A stretch of 64,000 nt of DNA. It comes from Oculina patagonica (taxonomy: Eukaryota). Made by a program: the position numbers and the translations under genes. The DNA lies in assembly GCF_052425735.1 (NCBI RefSeq), contig NC_135771.1:3968001-4032000 (forward strand). The letters are read 5' to 3'. Positions 13,746 through 25,169 of this stretch are shown piece by piece; within the stretch, counting starts at the first letter, position 1; each line of letters starts with the position of its first letter. The notes beneath the pieces are model-generated. The model was not told the DNA's origin, did not search any database, and saw nothing but the letters and a program-made list of their open reading frames with translations.

Positions 13746-14654
13746 TTTTTTTAAAGCAAGAACTCGACCCATACCTCATGCGACAACTTAGAAACGAGGC
13801 AATCTCCAAGATTTCTGGAGATTTTTGCAGCCTGCACCAGGGCCATTCGTCGGGGGGTACCACGCGGATAGCCCTGGGGACGAGGTTGGGTGTCTAAATG
13901 GAACGCGCTCTTCCCGATGGGAAATTTCCAAAGGAAATTCTCGGAATTTTTTTTGCAAATGGAAAACGCCCCATGATTCTTTCTTCCATCCAAAAAATTA
14001 TCCAGAAAGCGTTCGAAAACAAGGCAATGACAAGGCTACGTGTGGGTTTAGTGATCACTCTACTCTAGTGGGTAATTTAACACGTTTTATCTTGGCTTCG
14101 AGAAATGACTATCTTATTATTAAATATTGCATAGCCTGCAGAACAGGCGGTTTATTTTTTGCGGAGTTATTGCGAGGTCGCGCGAAGCGCGACTTGACGA
14201 CCGCTAAATAAAACTAGCACTTCGCGCTTCAACCCGCAAAGTAAACCGCCTGTTCTGTAGGCTAAACTGTATTGCGTGAAACATGATCTAGACGCCACCC
14301 TTCCCTTTATCACTCTCCTTAAATGCCATGCATTAGTTTTAAGGTAATTTTCTGAGAATAAAGTGGGTAATCAGGGTTCCTGCATGAGCCCAAGGGTCAT
14401 AGGCCTTCTTGCCTGGTGAAAGCAGGTGCCCATTACTTATGATGAGCTCCTGAGTCATACAAATAAACTGCACTGGGCCGCGAACAAAATGCTGCTAGTG
14501 TGCGCAGGATCTATAAAAGACCATAAAAGACCTAATCAGCCAACAAATGAAAAAGATGAAACGTGAAACTGCAAGGCTGATGGAACTGCGTAGAAGACTT
14601 AATGCGGCAGAGACATGATAGAGACCAATCCAAGAGTCAAGAATGCATAACTGT

Positions 14655-14750
14655 AGACGTAGTGACATTGTCATCAAGTCTGCGGACAAAGACTTTAGAG
14701 TCATTCTTTGTAAACCCTGAAGAAGGAAGGCCGTGCCTTCCGAAATATTG
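14655..14750 (+). mobile_element. Penelope-like retroelement fragment with hammerhead-like core
   Basis: Encodes RRSDIVIKSADK (resembles the PLE RT N-terminal DIVIKPADKG motif), followed by CTGAAGA-A-GGAAGGC-cgt-GCCTTCC-GAAA at 14717-14745. Confidence 0.55.
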
Positions 14751-14805
14751 GAATTTCAATACAGTCCCAAACCGTTCAATCGGCCTTGCAATTTTTTCTT
14801 TATTC

Positions 14806-14892
14806 ATAACTGTAGACAGCTGTTTCGGACTCTTTACTCGTGTTGGCCGCACATTCTGGACTAAAGAGTCTGAAACAGCTGTCTACAGTTAT
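14806..14892. repeat. Short foldback/hairpin element
   Basis: ataactgtagacagctgtttcggactcttta ... taaagagtctgaaacagctgtctacagttat, ~31-bp arms with one mismatch. Confidence 0.7.
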
Positions 14893-15903
14893 ACATTGTT
14901 GACTCTCAGATTGGTTTCTATCATGTCTCTGCCGCATAAAGTTTTCTACGCAGTTCGATCAGCTTTGCAGTTTCACATTTCCTGAGTCATAGGCAGCAGA
15001 GCAGGGGTAAAGGGGCTGTAGCCCCCCCCCACCCCACCCCCCAAAAAAGCGAAACTTTACGAGGTTCAGTCATTCTGCTCGTTTTGGTGCTGGAAATATC
15101 GTAAGCGCAGCGTAAAATTGGTATGTTAAGATATTCCGTCTCGTCACGGTGAGTTTGACATCATGTCTTCGGGAAACTTCGTTTAACTTCGAAAAACGAT
15201 CGGAAACGTTCGTATGGCCTTCGAACAACTAACGGAGAATCCTCGGAAATCTTCGGTCTAGAAACTACCCAGAAAACAGAAAGTTGCTAGATCGGGAAAA
15301 AGTTTCTCCAAATATGAAAACCTGCCGAGTATTAAGGTCAGTCTAAGCCCTCCACCCCTCCCACGTTACAAAGCGCTCCACCGCTTCTGTGAGTCGTAGC
15401 CAATCAACTGATAATCAAGCGGAGATTGAGACCGCAACTTCATGCCTCAATAGACTCAATACAACAACACTGATCACTTATAACAACAGCAACAATCTTT
15501 ATTTCGTGTACTCTTGCCTTACAAAAACTATTTACACAAAATATTCGAAATAAAATTAGAGTACAGTAATTGCCGTCTCATAAATAATTAGTGATTTGGC
15601 CAGAGAGCTTCAAAGAGAAAACCCAAGGGCAGTAAGTCGGGGCGATATGAAGTAAACCGAGCAGTAATCGCTACCTCCGAGGATCGATTATCACACAAGT
15701 GAAAAAAACGGAAGAGCTGGGAACAAGAGTAACGAGAGCTAGTGAGGTCTTCAAATTAAACTACTGACTTGAATCTCTAGGGGAAGGACTCGTGAGAGGA
15801 CGATAATACCTTAGACCGTCTGCACAAAAAACTACAAGATTTGTCGGAAAAATTAAGTATTGAAAATGTTTATTACGTTGATCATTACTTTTTTGTATGT
15901 GGT

Positions 15904-15919
15904 GGCTCCTAAAGGAGCC
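15904..15919 (-). promoter_or_regulatory. Histone H1 3' stem-loop
   Basis: GGCTCCTTTAGGAGCC followed by ACCA on the minus strand, just past the H1 stop. Confidence 0.92.
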
Positions 15920-15947
15920 TTTTTGTTAATTGTAGAACGGCCGCACT

Positions 15948-16520
15948 TCACTTCTTAGCTGGGGCTTTCTTAGCTGCGGCCTTCTTGGCGGGCTTTTTCG
16001 CTGCGGGTTTCTTGGCCGCTTTCTTGGCGGGCTTTTTAGCTGCGGGCTTCTTCGCTGCTGGTTTTTTAGCTGCGGGTTTCTTTGCTGCTGGTTTTTTAGC
16101 CGCGGGTTTCTTTGCAGCCTTCTTTGCCGCTGGTTTCTTCGCTGCCTTCTTGGCGGCGGGCTTCTTTGGTTTGGCGGCGGGCTTCTTCTTTGCAGCGGGC
16201 TTCTTCTTCGGTTTCTTTTCCTTCTTTGTCGGATCCACCTTGGGCAACTTGAAGGAACCTGAAGCACCAACTCCCTTGGTGTGCACAAGTACTCCTTTGT
16301 CAGCGCCTCTCTTCAAGGCCAACTTCAAGTGCGAGCCTACGTTATCACCAACCTTGTAGTTGGCTTTGATGTATTTCTCGATGGCTTGGCGGGAAGAACC
16401 GTTTCGCTCCTTCAGCGCTGCAATAGCAGCCTTGATCATCTCTATATAAGTTGGATGTTCGGCTGGTTTTGCCGGCTTTTTTGCCGGCTTCTTAGCTGGG
16501 GACTTTGCTGCTTCGGACAT
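15948..16520 (-). CDS. H1: Histone H1, replication-dependent
   Basis: Winged-helix globular domain ([37 protein letters not shown]), KKPAA-repeat tail, intronless, followed by a stem-loop. Confidence 0.97.
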   Translation of the reverse strand: MSEAAKSPAKKPAKKPAKPAEHPTYIEMIKAAIAALKERNGSSRQAIEKYIKANYKVGDNVGSHLKLALKRGADKGVLVHTKGVGASGSFKLPKVDPTKKEKKPKKKPAAKKKPAAKPKKPAAKKAAKKPAAKKAAKKPAAKKPAAKKPAAKKPAAKKPAAKKPAKKAAKKPAAKKPAKKAAAKKAPAKK

Positions 16521-18116
16521 GTTGCAACTTTAGAAGACTTAATCACTTCGGACTAAAGACTCAAAATGTCCATTGGAAAATGCGCAAGTAAATTATATGC
16601 ATCGGATGCGGACCACCGAGGAAACAATGCTAGAGAAAATGGCATCCTCTTATTTTGTGCTATTTTGCTTTGCGTTTTGTCCAATAAAAAATGCCTACCA
16701 CTGAGATTTATTCAATCTTAGCCTTACATTTTGAAGCGGGGATATTGCTTTAGCTGAAAAAACAGAACATATTAGAACAAAGGCTGGCGAAGAAGGAAAA
16801 AGAAAGCTTGAAAGTTTTCAAAACAGTCAGATTGTAAAGAACATTTTGTCTTTGTAGCGAATTTATTCTTGTTAAGTTTATTATTCTTCAAATTATATAG
16901 GAATTTATGAAAGAAGAACTCTTAAAGCTTAAGTTATGGTTAGAAAATTTGGCCTTACGCCAAAGTTTCAATTGCTAAAGTTCGCTTATGCTTCAATAAC
17001 AAAGACAAACTCCTAACTTCGCCAGTTTCAAGTCACCGACTATTCTTATTATTCATCCAACCAAATAGGTCTTGGCGTATGTGTTGCCGGAGTTGATGAA
17101 AATCAAACATTTCCCAAAGAAACGCAGAGTATTAAACATGAGAAAAGTAGATCTACACTGAAAGTTACAATGCTACAATTTAGTAAAGAGAAACAGCAAT
17201 GTAATTAGATAACGTAACACAATAACTACACAAGGTTTTCATGACGCGCGCACAATGAATAACGCAAATTCATTTTTCAAGCTGTTCTTTTCGACTGTTA
17301 TAGGCATCTTATTCAGTTCTTAAATCGTTATTTGTATTTAGAAAACTTTAATAATGAAGCAGAACTTTCAGGACTTGAAAAGAAATGATTAGAAATTTAG
17401 TAAAGAAGGTTAATTCAAACGCGTTTATTTGCATATATCAAGCGCCAAATTTCGTTACGCTACTGATCACCACGCTAAGAGTAAAAAACTTTTCATTAAT
17501 AGTATTAAACTTCGAAAATGCCTCAAATGTACAGATAAACAGCATATTATTCGTCAACTTTTTATCTTACTTTTTTTTCTCTACTTTGAGAGCTTTTGCC
17601 TACCGGCGACATTTACTGAAACCTGATCGCGTCCATCACTGAACGTGGCGCCAAAAATTTCTTAATGAAATTACTCCCAGATCAGTAGAGTGAGAACTGA
17701 AAGAGGGAAATAACTCACAAATAGAGAAATAAATTGTGTTTACTTTCTTACAACTGAAAGAGCCAGAGAAAACGACTTATAAAAGCGTTTCACAGATATT
17801 AACTTGCAGAAAGACAGTACCAATTCGGGTGCACGCGCTCGAGTTGAATAGAAGCAAAATGGCGAAACATTTACCGCAAAACTTTCTTCGCATACAAAGG
17901 TTGTTAGAAGTTCTGCTTTTTAACTCAAAAGGTATTGCTACAGCATTTTGATCATTGAGAAAACAGATTGCTAAAGCATTTCCACAAAAAGGAGAATAAG
18001 CAAGGAAATTGTTACGGTAAAGATAATGTAAGGGGTCAGCCTTTATCAACAACAACAACAATAGGGGAATGGGAAAAGTTTCAGTTTATGTTGGTCATTG
18101 CTTTTATTGATTTGGT

Positions 18117-18132
18117 GGCTCCTAAAGGAGCC
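18117..18132 (-). promoter_or_regulatory. Histone H3 3' stem-loop
   Basis: GGCTCCTTTAGGAGCC then ACCA on the minus strand. Confidence 0.92.
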
Positions 18133-18158
18133 GTTGCTTTGTGAGGGATGTAATCCAC

Positions 18159-19395
<1,237 letters not shown>

Positions 19396-19419
19396 ACTGC
19401 ACTGCCAACACAAACAAAC

Positions 19420-19435
19420 GGCTCCTTTAGGAGCC
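19420..19435 (+). promoter_or_regulatory. Histone H4 3' stem-loop
   Basis: GGCTCCTTTAGGAGCC then ACCAA. Confidence 0.92.
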
Positions 19436-20435
19436 ACCAAATCTCTCAAAAGTCATGATCAATAAAATTGTGTTTCCCAATAATCCGGCTTCGTTAACGT
19501 TATATGCTGTCATGGAAAGGCAACAAAGGAAGTCAGTGTTCTCTCCTGCAAATAATTTTTGAAATAACTCCAATCAGTGGTAAGTTCGAAACGCAAAGAA
19601 TAAAACTAACTCCTACGCAAACCTTAGACGCGCATTTCTAAAGAGGTATTCCAACAGTTCTACTGTCACAGTTTTACAACCTCCGCTACGATGAACAAGT
19701 ATTTGATCTTAATGGCATCACGCACAAATTCACCTGCACTTAAGGAATACCATGCACCCTTTGCTCCAAACATATTCCAATAGCATAAGATATTTTGTCC
19801 TGATTTGGTGTTACAAGCTATTGTCTTTTCGAACGAAAATCTAGAAGTGCAAGATTTTGGTATAGTTTTCATCACTTAAGTGAACAAATTGTCTGACGCC
19901 GTTTATTTCAATGGACTTAAAAAATTGGAACGTCTAAGTTAGAACTTTTTGGTGGCAAGCAAGTTCGTTAGAACCAAACAGTGCTATCGAATTTTAAGTT
20001 AGGCGCCTTTTCAAACATTAGCGCATCCGCGCGCACTGTCGCGTGAACTATATTAGCATGATAAAGAATAAAAGCGAACTGAATTTCAATTTGCATTTGT
20101 TAAGACAATGTTGACACGAGAACTGAATAAATAATAAGTTGGATATTTAAACGGCGGGAAAGAACAAGTTAAAACCGACTCTACCTTGCGAGCGGTAAAA
20201 CGACGAGAAAAAAGACAGTAAAATTGGGGTAGGACTCTACTTTTGCACTGCCGCATAAGAAAAGACGGCAGTTCTAAACGTTTGCTTAGAACTGTGTGGA
20301 TGACAAGGCAGAAAGACTCGATCATTCGAATTAAAGATTTCAGGATCATTGCTAATAAGCCTGTGCGATCTAAAGAAATTAAAGTTAAAAATGAAGAAAA
20401 TGTTTTTGTTGATCGTGACTTTTATAATATTTGGT

Positions 20436-20451
20436 GGCTCCTAAAAGAGCC
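20436..20451 (-). promoter_or_regulatory. Histone H2A 3' stem-loop
   Basis: GGCTCTTTTAGGAGCC then ACCAA on the minus strand. Confidence 0.92.
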
Positions 20452-20473
20452 GTTTTTGTAGATAAAAGCTTAT

Positions 20474-20854
20474 TTAAGCTTTTGATTTCTTCTCGGTCTT
20501 CTTGGGCAGAAGTACAGCCTGGATGTTGGGAAGAACGCCTCCCTGTGCGATGGTGACACCGGCGAGCAGTTTGTTCAACTCCTCGTCATTGCGCACAGCC
20601 AGCTGAAGGTGACGGGGGATGATTCTTGTCTTCTTGTTGTCACGAGCAGCATTGCCCGCCAACTCGAGGATCTCAGCGCTCAAATACTCAAGCACAGCAG
20701 CCAAGTACACTGGAGCACCGGCGCCAACACGCTCTCCATAGTTGCCTTTGCGGAGAAGACGATGGATACGACCAACTGGGAACTGAAGCCCTGCTCGGGA
20801 TGAGCGGGTCTTGGACTTGGTGCCCTTAGCTTTTCCTTTACCGCGACCAGACAT
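20474..20854 (-). CDS. H2A: Canonical histone H2A
   Basis: [22 protein letters not shown]...[21 protein letters not shown]; no C-terminal SQEY, so not H2A.X. Confidence 0.98.
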   Translation of the reverse strand: MSGRGKGKAKGTKSKTRSSRAGLQFPVGRIHRLLRKGNYGERVGAGAPVYLAAVLEYLSAEILELAGNAARDNKKTRIIPRHLQLAVRNDEELNKLLAGVTIAQGGVLPNIQAVLLPKKTEKKSKA

Positions 20855-21180
20855 GTTGTGTTTGGATTGCCTTCACGAAATATGTAGAAGATTAGATAAA
20901 ATGATGAAGACCTTGAAATTTATAGCTTATTTTTTATGCAAGAAGGATCGAAAAGCACCAATCAAAACTTTGTTGATTGATAGCATTTCAAAGAACCTTT
21001 GTATTGTCAAACATACAATAGAATATTGACCTCGAGGGTTAGTACAGTATTAAAATAGCATGTAAGGCTGACCAATCAGTGAGCACAAATTTCGATCCGT
21101 ATGTTAATTGATCTTTTAGTCACTCTACTATAAATACAAGATTCATCGAGTTGTCAGGCATTCATTTCTGATCTACAGAC
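20855..21180. promoter_or_regulatory. Divergent H2A/H2B promoter
   Basis: GGATCGAA at ~20945 (TTCGATCC on minus) and TTCGATCC at ~21091; CCAATC at ~20959 and ~21072; TATAAATA at ~21129. Confidence 0.7.
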
Positions 21181-21552
21181 ATGGCACCCAAAGTTGCAGG
21201 AAAGAAAGGCGAGAAGAAAGCCGGTAAGGCAAAGGCCGCGGCTGGTGAAAAGAAGAAGAGAAGGGGAAAGAGAAAGGAAAGCTATGCTATCTACATCTAC
21301 AAGGTGTTGAAGCAAGTTCACCCTGACACTGGTATCTCCAGCAAAGCCATGGGCATCATGAACTCGTTCGTCAACGACATCTTCGAGCGCATCGCCACCG
21401 AAGCTTCCCGCCTTGCCCACTACAACAAGAAATCAACCATCAGCTCCCGCGAGATCCAGACCGCCATCAGGCTGCTTCTGCCCGGTGAACTGGCCAAACA
21501 CGCCGTCAGTGAAGGAACCAAGGCTGTGACCAAGTACACCAGCAGCAAGTAA
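21181..21552 (+). CDS. H2B: Histone H2B
   Basis: [27 protein letters not shown]...[16 protein letters not shown]. Confidence 0.98.
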   Translation: MAPKVAGKKGEKKAGKAKAAAGEKKKRRGKRKESYAIYIYKVLKQVHPDTGISSKAMGIMNSFVNDIFERIATEASRLAHYNKKSTISSREIQTAIRLLLPGELAKHAVSEGTKAVTKYTSSK

Positions 21553-21584
21553 ACTCACTTTGTGGGTTTCCCGCCAAAACAAAC

Positions 21585-21600
21585 GGCTCTTTTAGGAGCC
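21585..21600 (+). promoter_or_regulatory. Histone H2B 3' stem-loop
   Basis: GGCTCTTTTAGGAGCC then ACCAA. Confidence 0.92.
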
Positions 21601-22479
21601 ACCAAATCTTATAAAAGTCAATGACCAATACAGTTTGTTCTCTAAGAGGCCCAAGCTAGTCATTTAGTTCAGGTTTTTAATAATTCTTCAAGTCTTTTGC
21701 AACATAGAGATGGCTAATCGCTTTCCGATAAGAACTGATGAAGGCATTTATGTCTCCCTCGCCCCAAGCCCCTGGTCTTTACACTCGGCGTTCTCTGCGC
21801 TAATCCTGTTTTACACGCTGCTTCCCGGTTGACCGAACGCGAGAAACAGGCCAGTCGGAAGAACACGAAATTTAAAATTTTGCCGAAAATTAATTTGTGT
21901 AATGTGTTGTTATTGCAATTTATAAATACATTTCAAAAGTTACCACGTGATATAAGCGAAAACATTAAAACTGAAGACACTATACTTGATACAATTAGGA
22001 TAAAAAATTATAAACTGGATAAAAATTAAGCTCAGACCGGATCGCTTTTTTTTAGCGCTAAAAGGAAGTGGAAGCCAGTAGCCGAACAAAACCGGTTAAT
22101 GATATTTGATTTCAAGACTTGTTTTTTAAATTTTCTGTTCATAATAAATTCAAGCCAGCGTAGATTTCCTTCACTCGGCTTAACTCATTCTTCAAACTCA
22201 TGTTGTAATTGCCAAATTTTATACCCCCACTCCCTCCCCCCCCCCCCCACTCTAACTTAACCCTTCCTAGTTGCAGCCCCTGAAGAAGGTTAGTTTTGTA
22301 TAACCAGTATATTGGGCAATAAAATTATCCTTTTTAGCTGTGAAGGATTCAGCCTTGCATTTGGTTTTACCTTATTAGTTTTCCTGTTTCCCCACTTCTA
22401 CACTACCCTCTTATTCCTATTCACTTACTCCAAACCCCCACCCGTTATTATCTCCCAATATCAACCGTTAACATTTTAG

Positions 22480-22630
22480 TCTGCGTCGAGCAAAGTGGCT
22501 GCATACAGCCAGAGCTTATCCCGGTTTCTGTAGCATTTAATAATCGACTAGGAATATTTCTACTCCACCAGGATGGGATGCTAGACCATCGCAGTGTTAC
22601 ATTTATACACCTGGCCCCAGTTTTTCAAAG

Positions 22631-22667
<37 letters not shown>

Positions 22668-22860
22668 GTGGATAGCGAAGTAGGTTTTAAGGCAGTTATC
22701 CAATGGATAGCGATTTATCCGGTGGATAGCGTTATCCACCCCTTGAACGACTGGGCCCTGGGTGAAGAAAGGCACTATGAGAGTAAAGTGTCTTGCCCAA
22801 GAACACAATCACCCGATCCGGAGTCCAGCGCACTAACCATTAGGCCACCGCGCCTCCCAT
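22480..22860 (+). mobile_element. SINE-like interspersed repeat interrupted by a MITE
   Basis: ccagagcttatcccggtttctgtagcatt...tactccacc...gagagtaaagtgtcttgc; a related copy lies at ~44160-44700. Confidence 0.55.
22614..22757. mobile_element. PIF/Harbinger-type palindromic MITE
   Basis: Nearly fully palindromic (gccccagt..gggtggataacgctatccaccggataaatc); 3-bp TSD CTG at 22611-22613 and 22758-22760. Confidence 0.75.
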
Positions 22861-23793
22861 TAAATATTAAAACTCCCCAATGTTCTCCACGTTCCGTCTC
22901 CCCCTCAATCTATCTCGTGTTACTCTTATCCAGCCCCATTCCCCGCCATGTTATCTGTTGCCCCTTACTCCGCCCTATTACTCATATTCTCCAATCTCAC
23001 CAACTCGAGCAGTCAAGTGTTTCATTGTTTTTCCAAGTCCACACGAACTTCCCCTTAGACTACTGCTATGACTACCAATCCCCCTAGATTACAGAAACTA
23101 CACGTCTTTAGAAAAAGAAGTCTAAAACTATTAGCTGTTGAAAACATTCGACATAACAGTATTGGTCCCAGGCTTGCCTCGGCCAAATTATTTATTATTT
23201 CGTTCGAATTCGTGAAAAAGGGTTTTCTTTAACAATACTTTGAGCTAAGCACTGAAAACATTGTGCGAAAATATTACTCGTGAAACAAGATAAAACTGGA
23301 TTATGGAAAACTGAAGACCTCAAAACTGAACTACGCGCTTCCCAGAGCATCTACATGTCTAAATGTTGTTCAGTAAATTTTTATCGACAAATCTTGTGTT
23401 TACTGTTGTTAGTTCGAATTTTATTTTTCAAAAGTTATTAAACATTGTATTCTCATTACACTCGAGCAGTGTTTGCACCTTTCTTTATTAAAACTAACTC
23501 AAGTCTGTAGCTATGTTCAGTACAATGTTTCTTCTCGAAATGGTAAATATGATAGAAGCAGAAGTCTATGATATTACAATGATTATAAGAACTTCTGGTA
23601 AAAGCTACAACGCGAAACATTATTTCCGTCTTTCCTTCCTTATATGTACACATATATTATATTGACTTGGCATCGTATATTGTAACATAAAAACTTGAAA
23701 CTGTTCACATAAATTAAAAGGAAAATGTATCATAAACGACGTGAATATGCGCAGTACAACTGCGGCTATCAAAAGAAACTTTTGGAATATAAC

Positions 23794-23833
23794 ACTATAC
23801 TATACTATATACTATACACTATACTATACTATA
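23794..23833. repeat. (ATACT)n microsatellite
   Basis: Read directly; a (GT)n plus poly-G tract also lies at ~23946-23985. Confidence 0.9.
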
Positions 23834-25169
23834 CAAACTCTTTACGCACGGAAGTAAGGCAGTCAACACTTAAGAAAAGGAGAACGCTGACAGGGGGAGA
23901 AAGTGTTGACTTTCCAGAGCCAGAGGCGGCAGAGCGTTTTGGGACGTGTGTGTGTGTGTGTGTGTGTGTGGGGGGGGGGGGGGGGTAGTATGAGGGGGCT
24001 AAGACTGTCCCAAAAATACTCGGCATTTTTTCATATTTGGAGCTCTTGGAGCAACTTTTTTTCCGTTCTGGCATCTTTTTGTTTTCTGAGCAGTTTCCAG
24101 ACCGAAGATTTTCGAAGATTCTCAGATGTCATTAAAGATGTGAATATTGTTCATCGTGGTGTAAGGGGGATAGGTAATGAACATATTTGGATTCTCAGAT
24201 TGTTTTTCGAAGGCCATATGAACGTCTCCGGTCATTTCTCAAACTTTTCCGAAGATAAACGAAGTTTCCCGAAGACTTCCAAGGAAGTTTCAAAGATGTT
24301 TGAACTCACTCACAAGACGGAATACCTTGACAAACCAATTTTACGCTGCGCTCGCGATATTTTCGACACCAAAACGTGGGAGAGGGCGGTTTGAGCATCC
24401 CAAAACATTTTTGTTTGGGGGGGAGTGCCCCCCCCCTGCTCCGCCGCCTATGCCTTCAGTGGTAAAAGTTGGATTGCATCTATTGCATATGTAAGTTCTA
24501 GATGCATGCATGCGGCAACTTCCCATTATAAAGGCTGATTTCATGTTCAACCACTCAATAACAAATTACTTCTTTTATAAGACATTTATTTTTCTTTAGG
24601 CCCTCTCATACACTGTAGTTTAATGAATGGAAATGATATAACAACTTGACTTGCTAATTATATTAACTAACCTTTCCCTTATAGCTACGTTTTAGGCTTT
24701 AACGTCTCAGCTTGATATAATTTCTATTTCAGTCATAAATGGAGCAAAGATACAATGCTTGTTGAGCCTCATTCAAGGCCAACAACAGATCAGATACATA
24801 TTTAGTTTTTTAAATATTAATCGATTAGTTCTTTACTAAAGTTTATATTTCTCGTTTATGAAAACATTGTGTGCCCTCTTTTTAAGAACGTTGAATACCC
24901 ATAGATTTTGGAGAAATAATTAAAATTAAAGGTTTTTTAAAAACTATTTTTATGTATTCTTATGATAAAATAGATGTTATCATAAAAATAGGATCCTTAT
25001 AATCAACCATAATTGTTATTTTCAACTACTCTAAAAATCAAATTGTTTTTATGCCATAATAAGCAACATAACTTCTATACCCATATATCTTATCTTATAT
25101 ATCTCATATATTTTTTGTTTTCTAGAGGCCTTTTTATCGCTTAGCAGGTTATCCCCCAATGTGCCAATA

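Larger units (their letters stand above)
9371..13888. mobile_element. Decayed AcademH-like DNA transposon, 4.5 kb
   Basis: ~40-bp TIRs starting CAACCTCGTCCCCAGG and ending CCTGGGGACGAGGTTG; 9-bp TSD GGTGTCTAA at 9362-9370 and 13889-13897; RecQ-like helicase remnant inside the right end. Confidence 0.85.

Noticed and set aside
22578-24394. ORFs of 169 aa (22578-23087) and 163 aa (23903-24394)
   Set aside because: They run through a palindromic MITE, a SINE-like repeat and microsatellites, with no protein-like signal.
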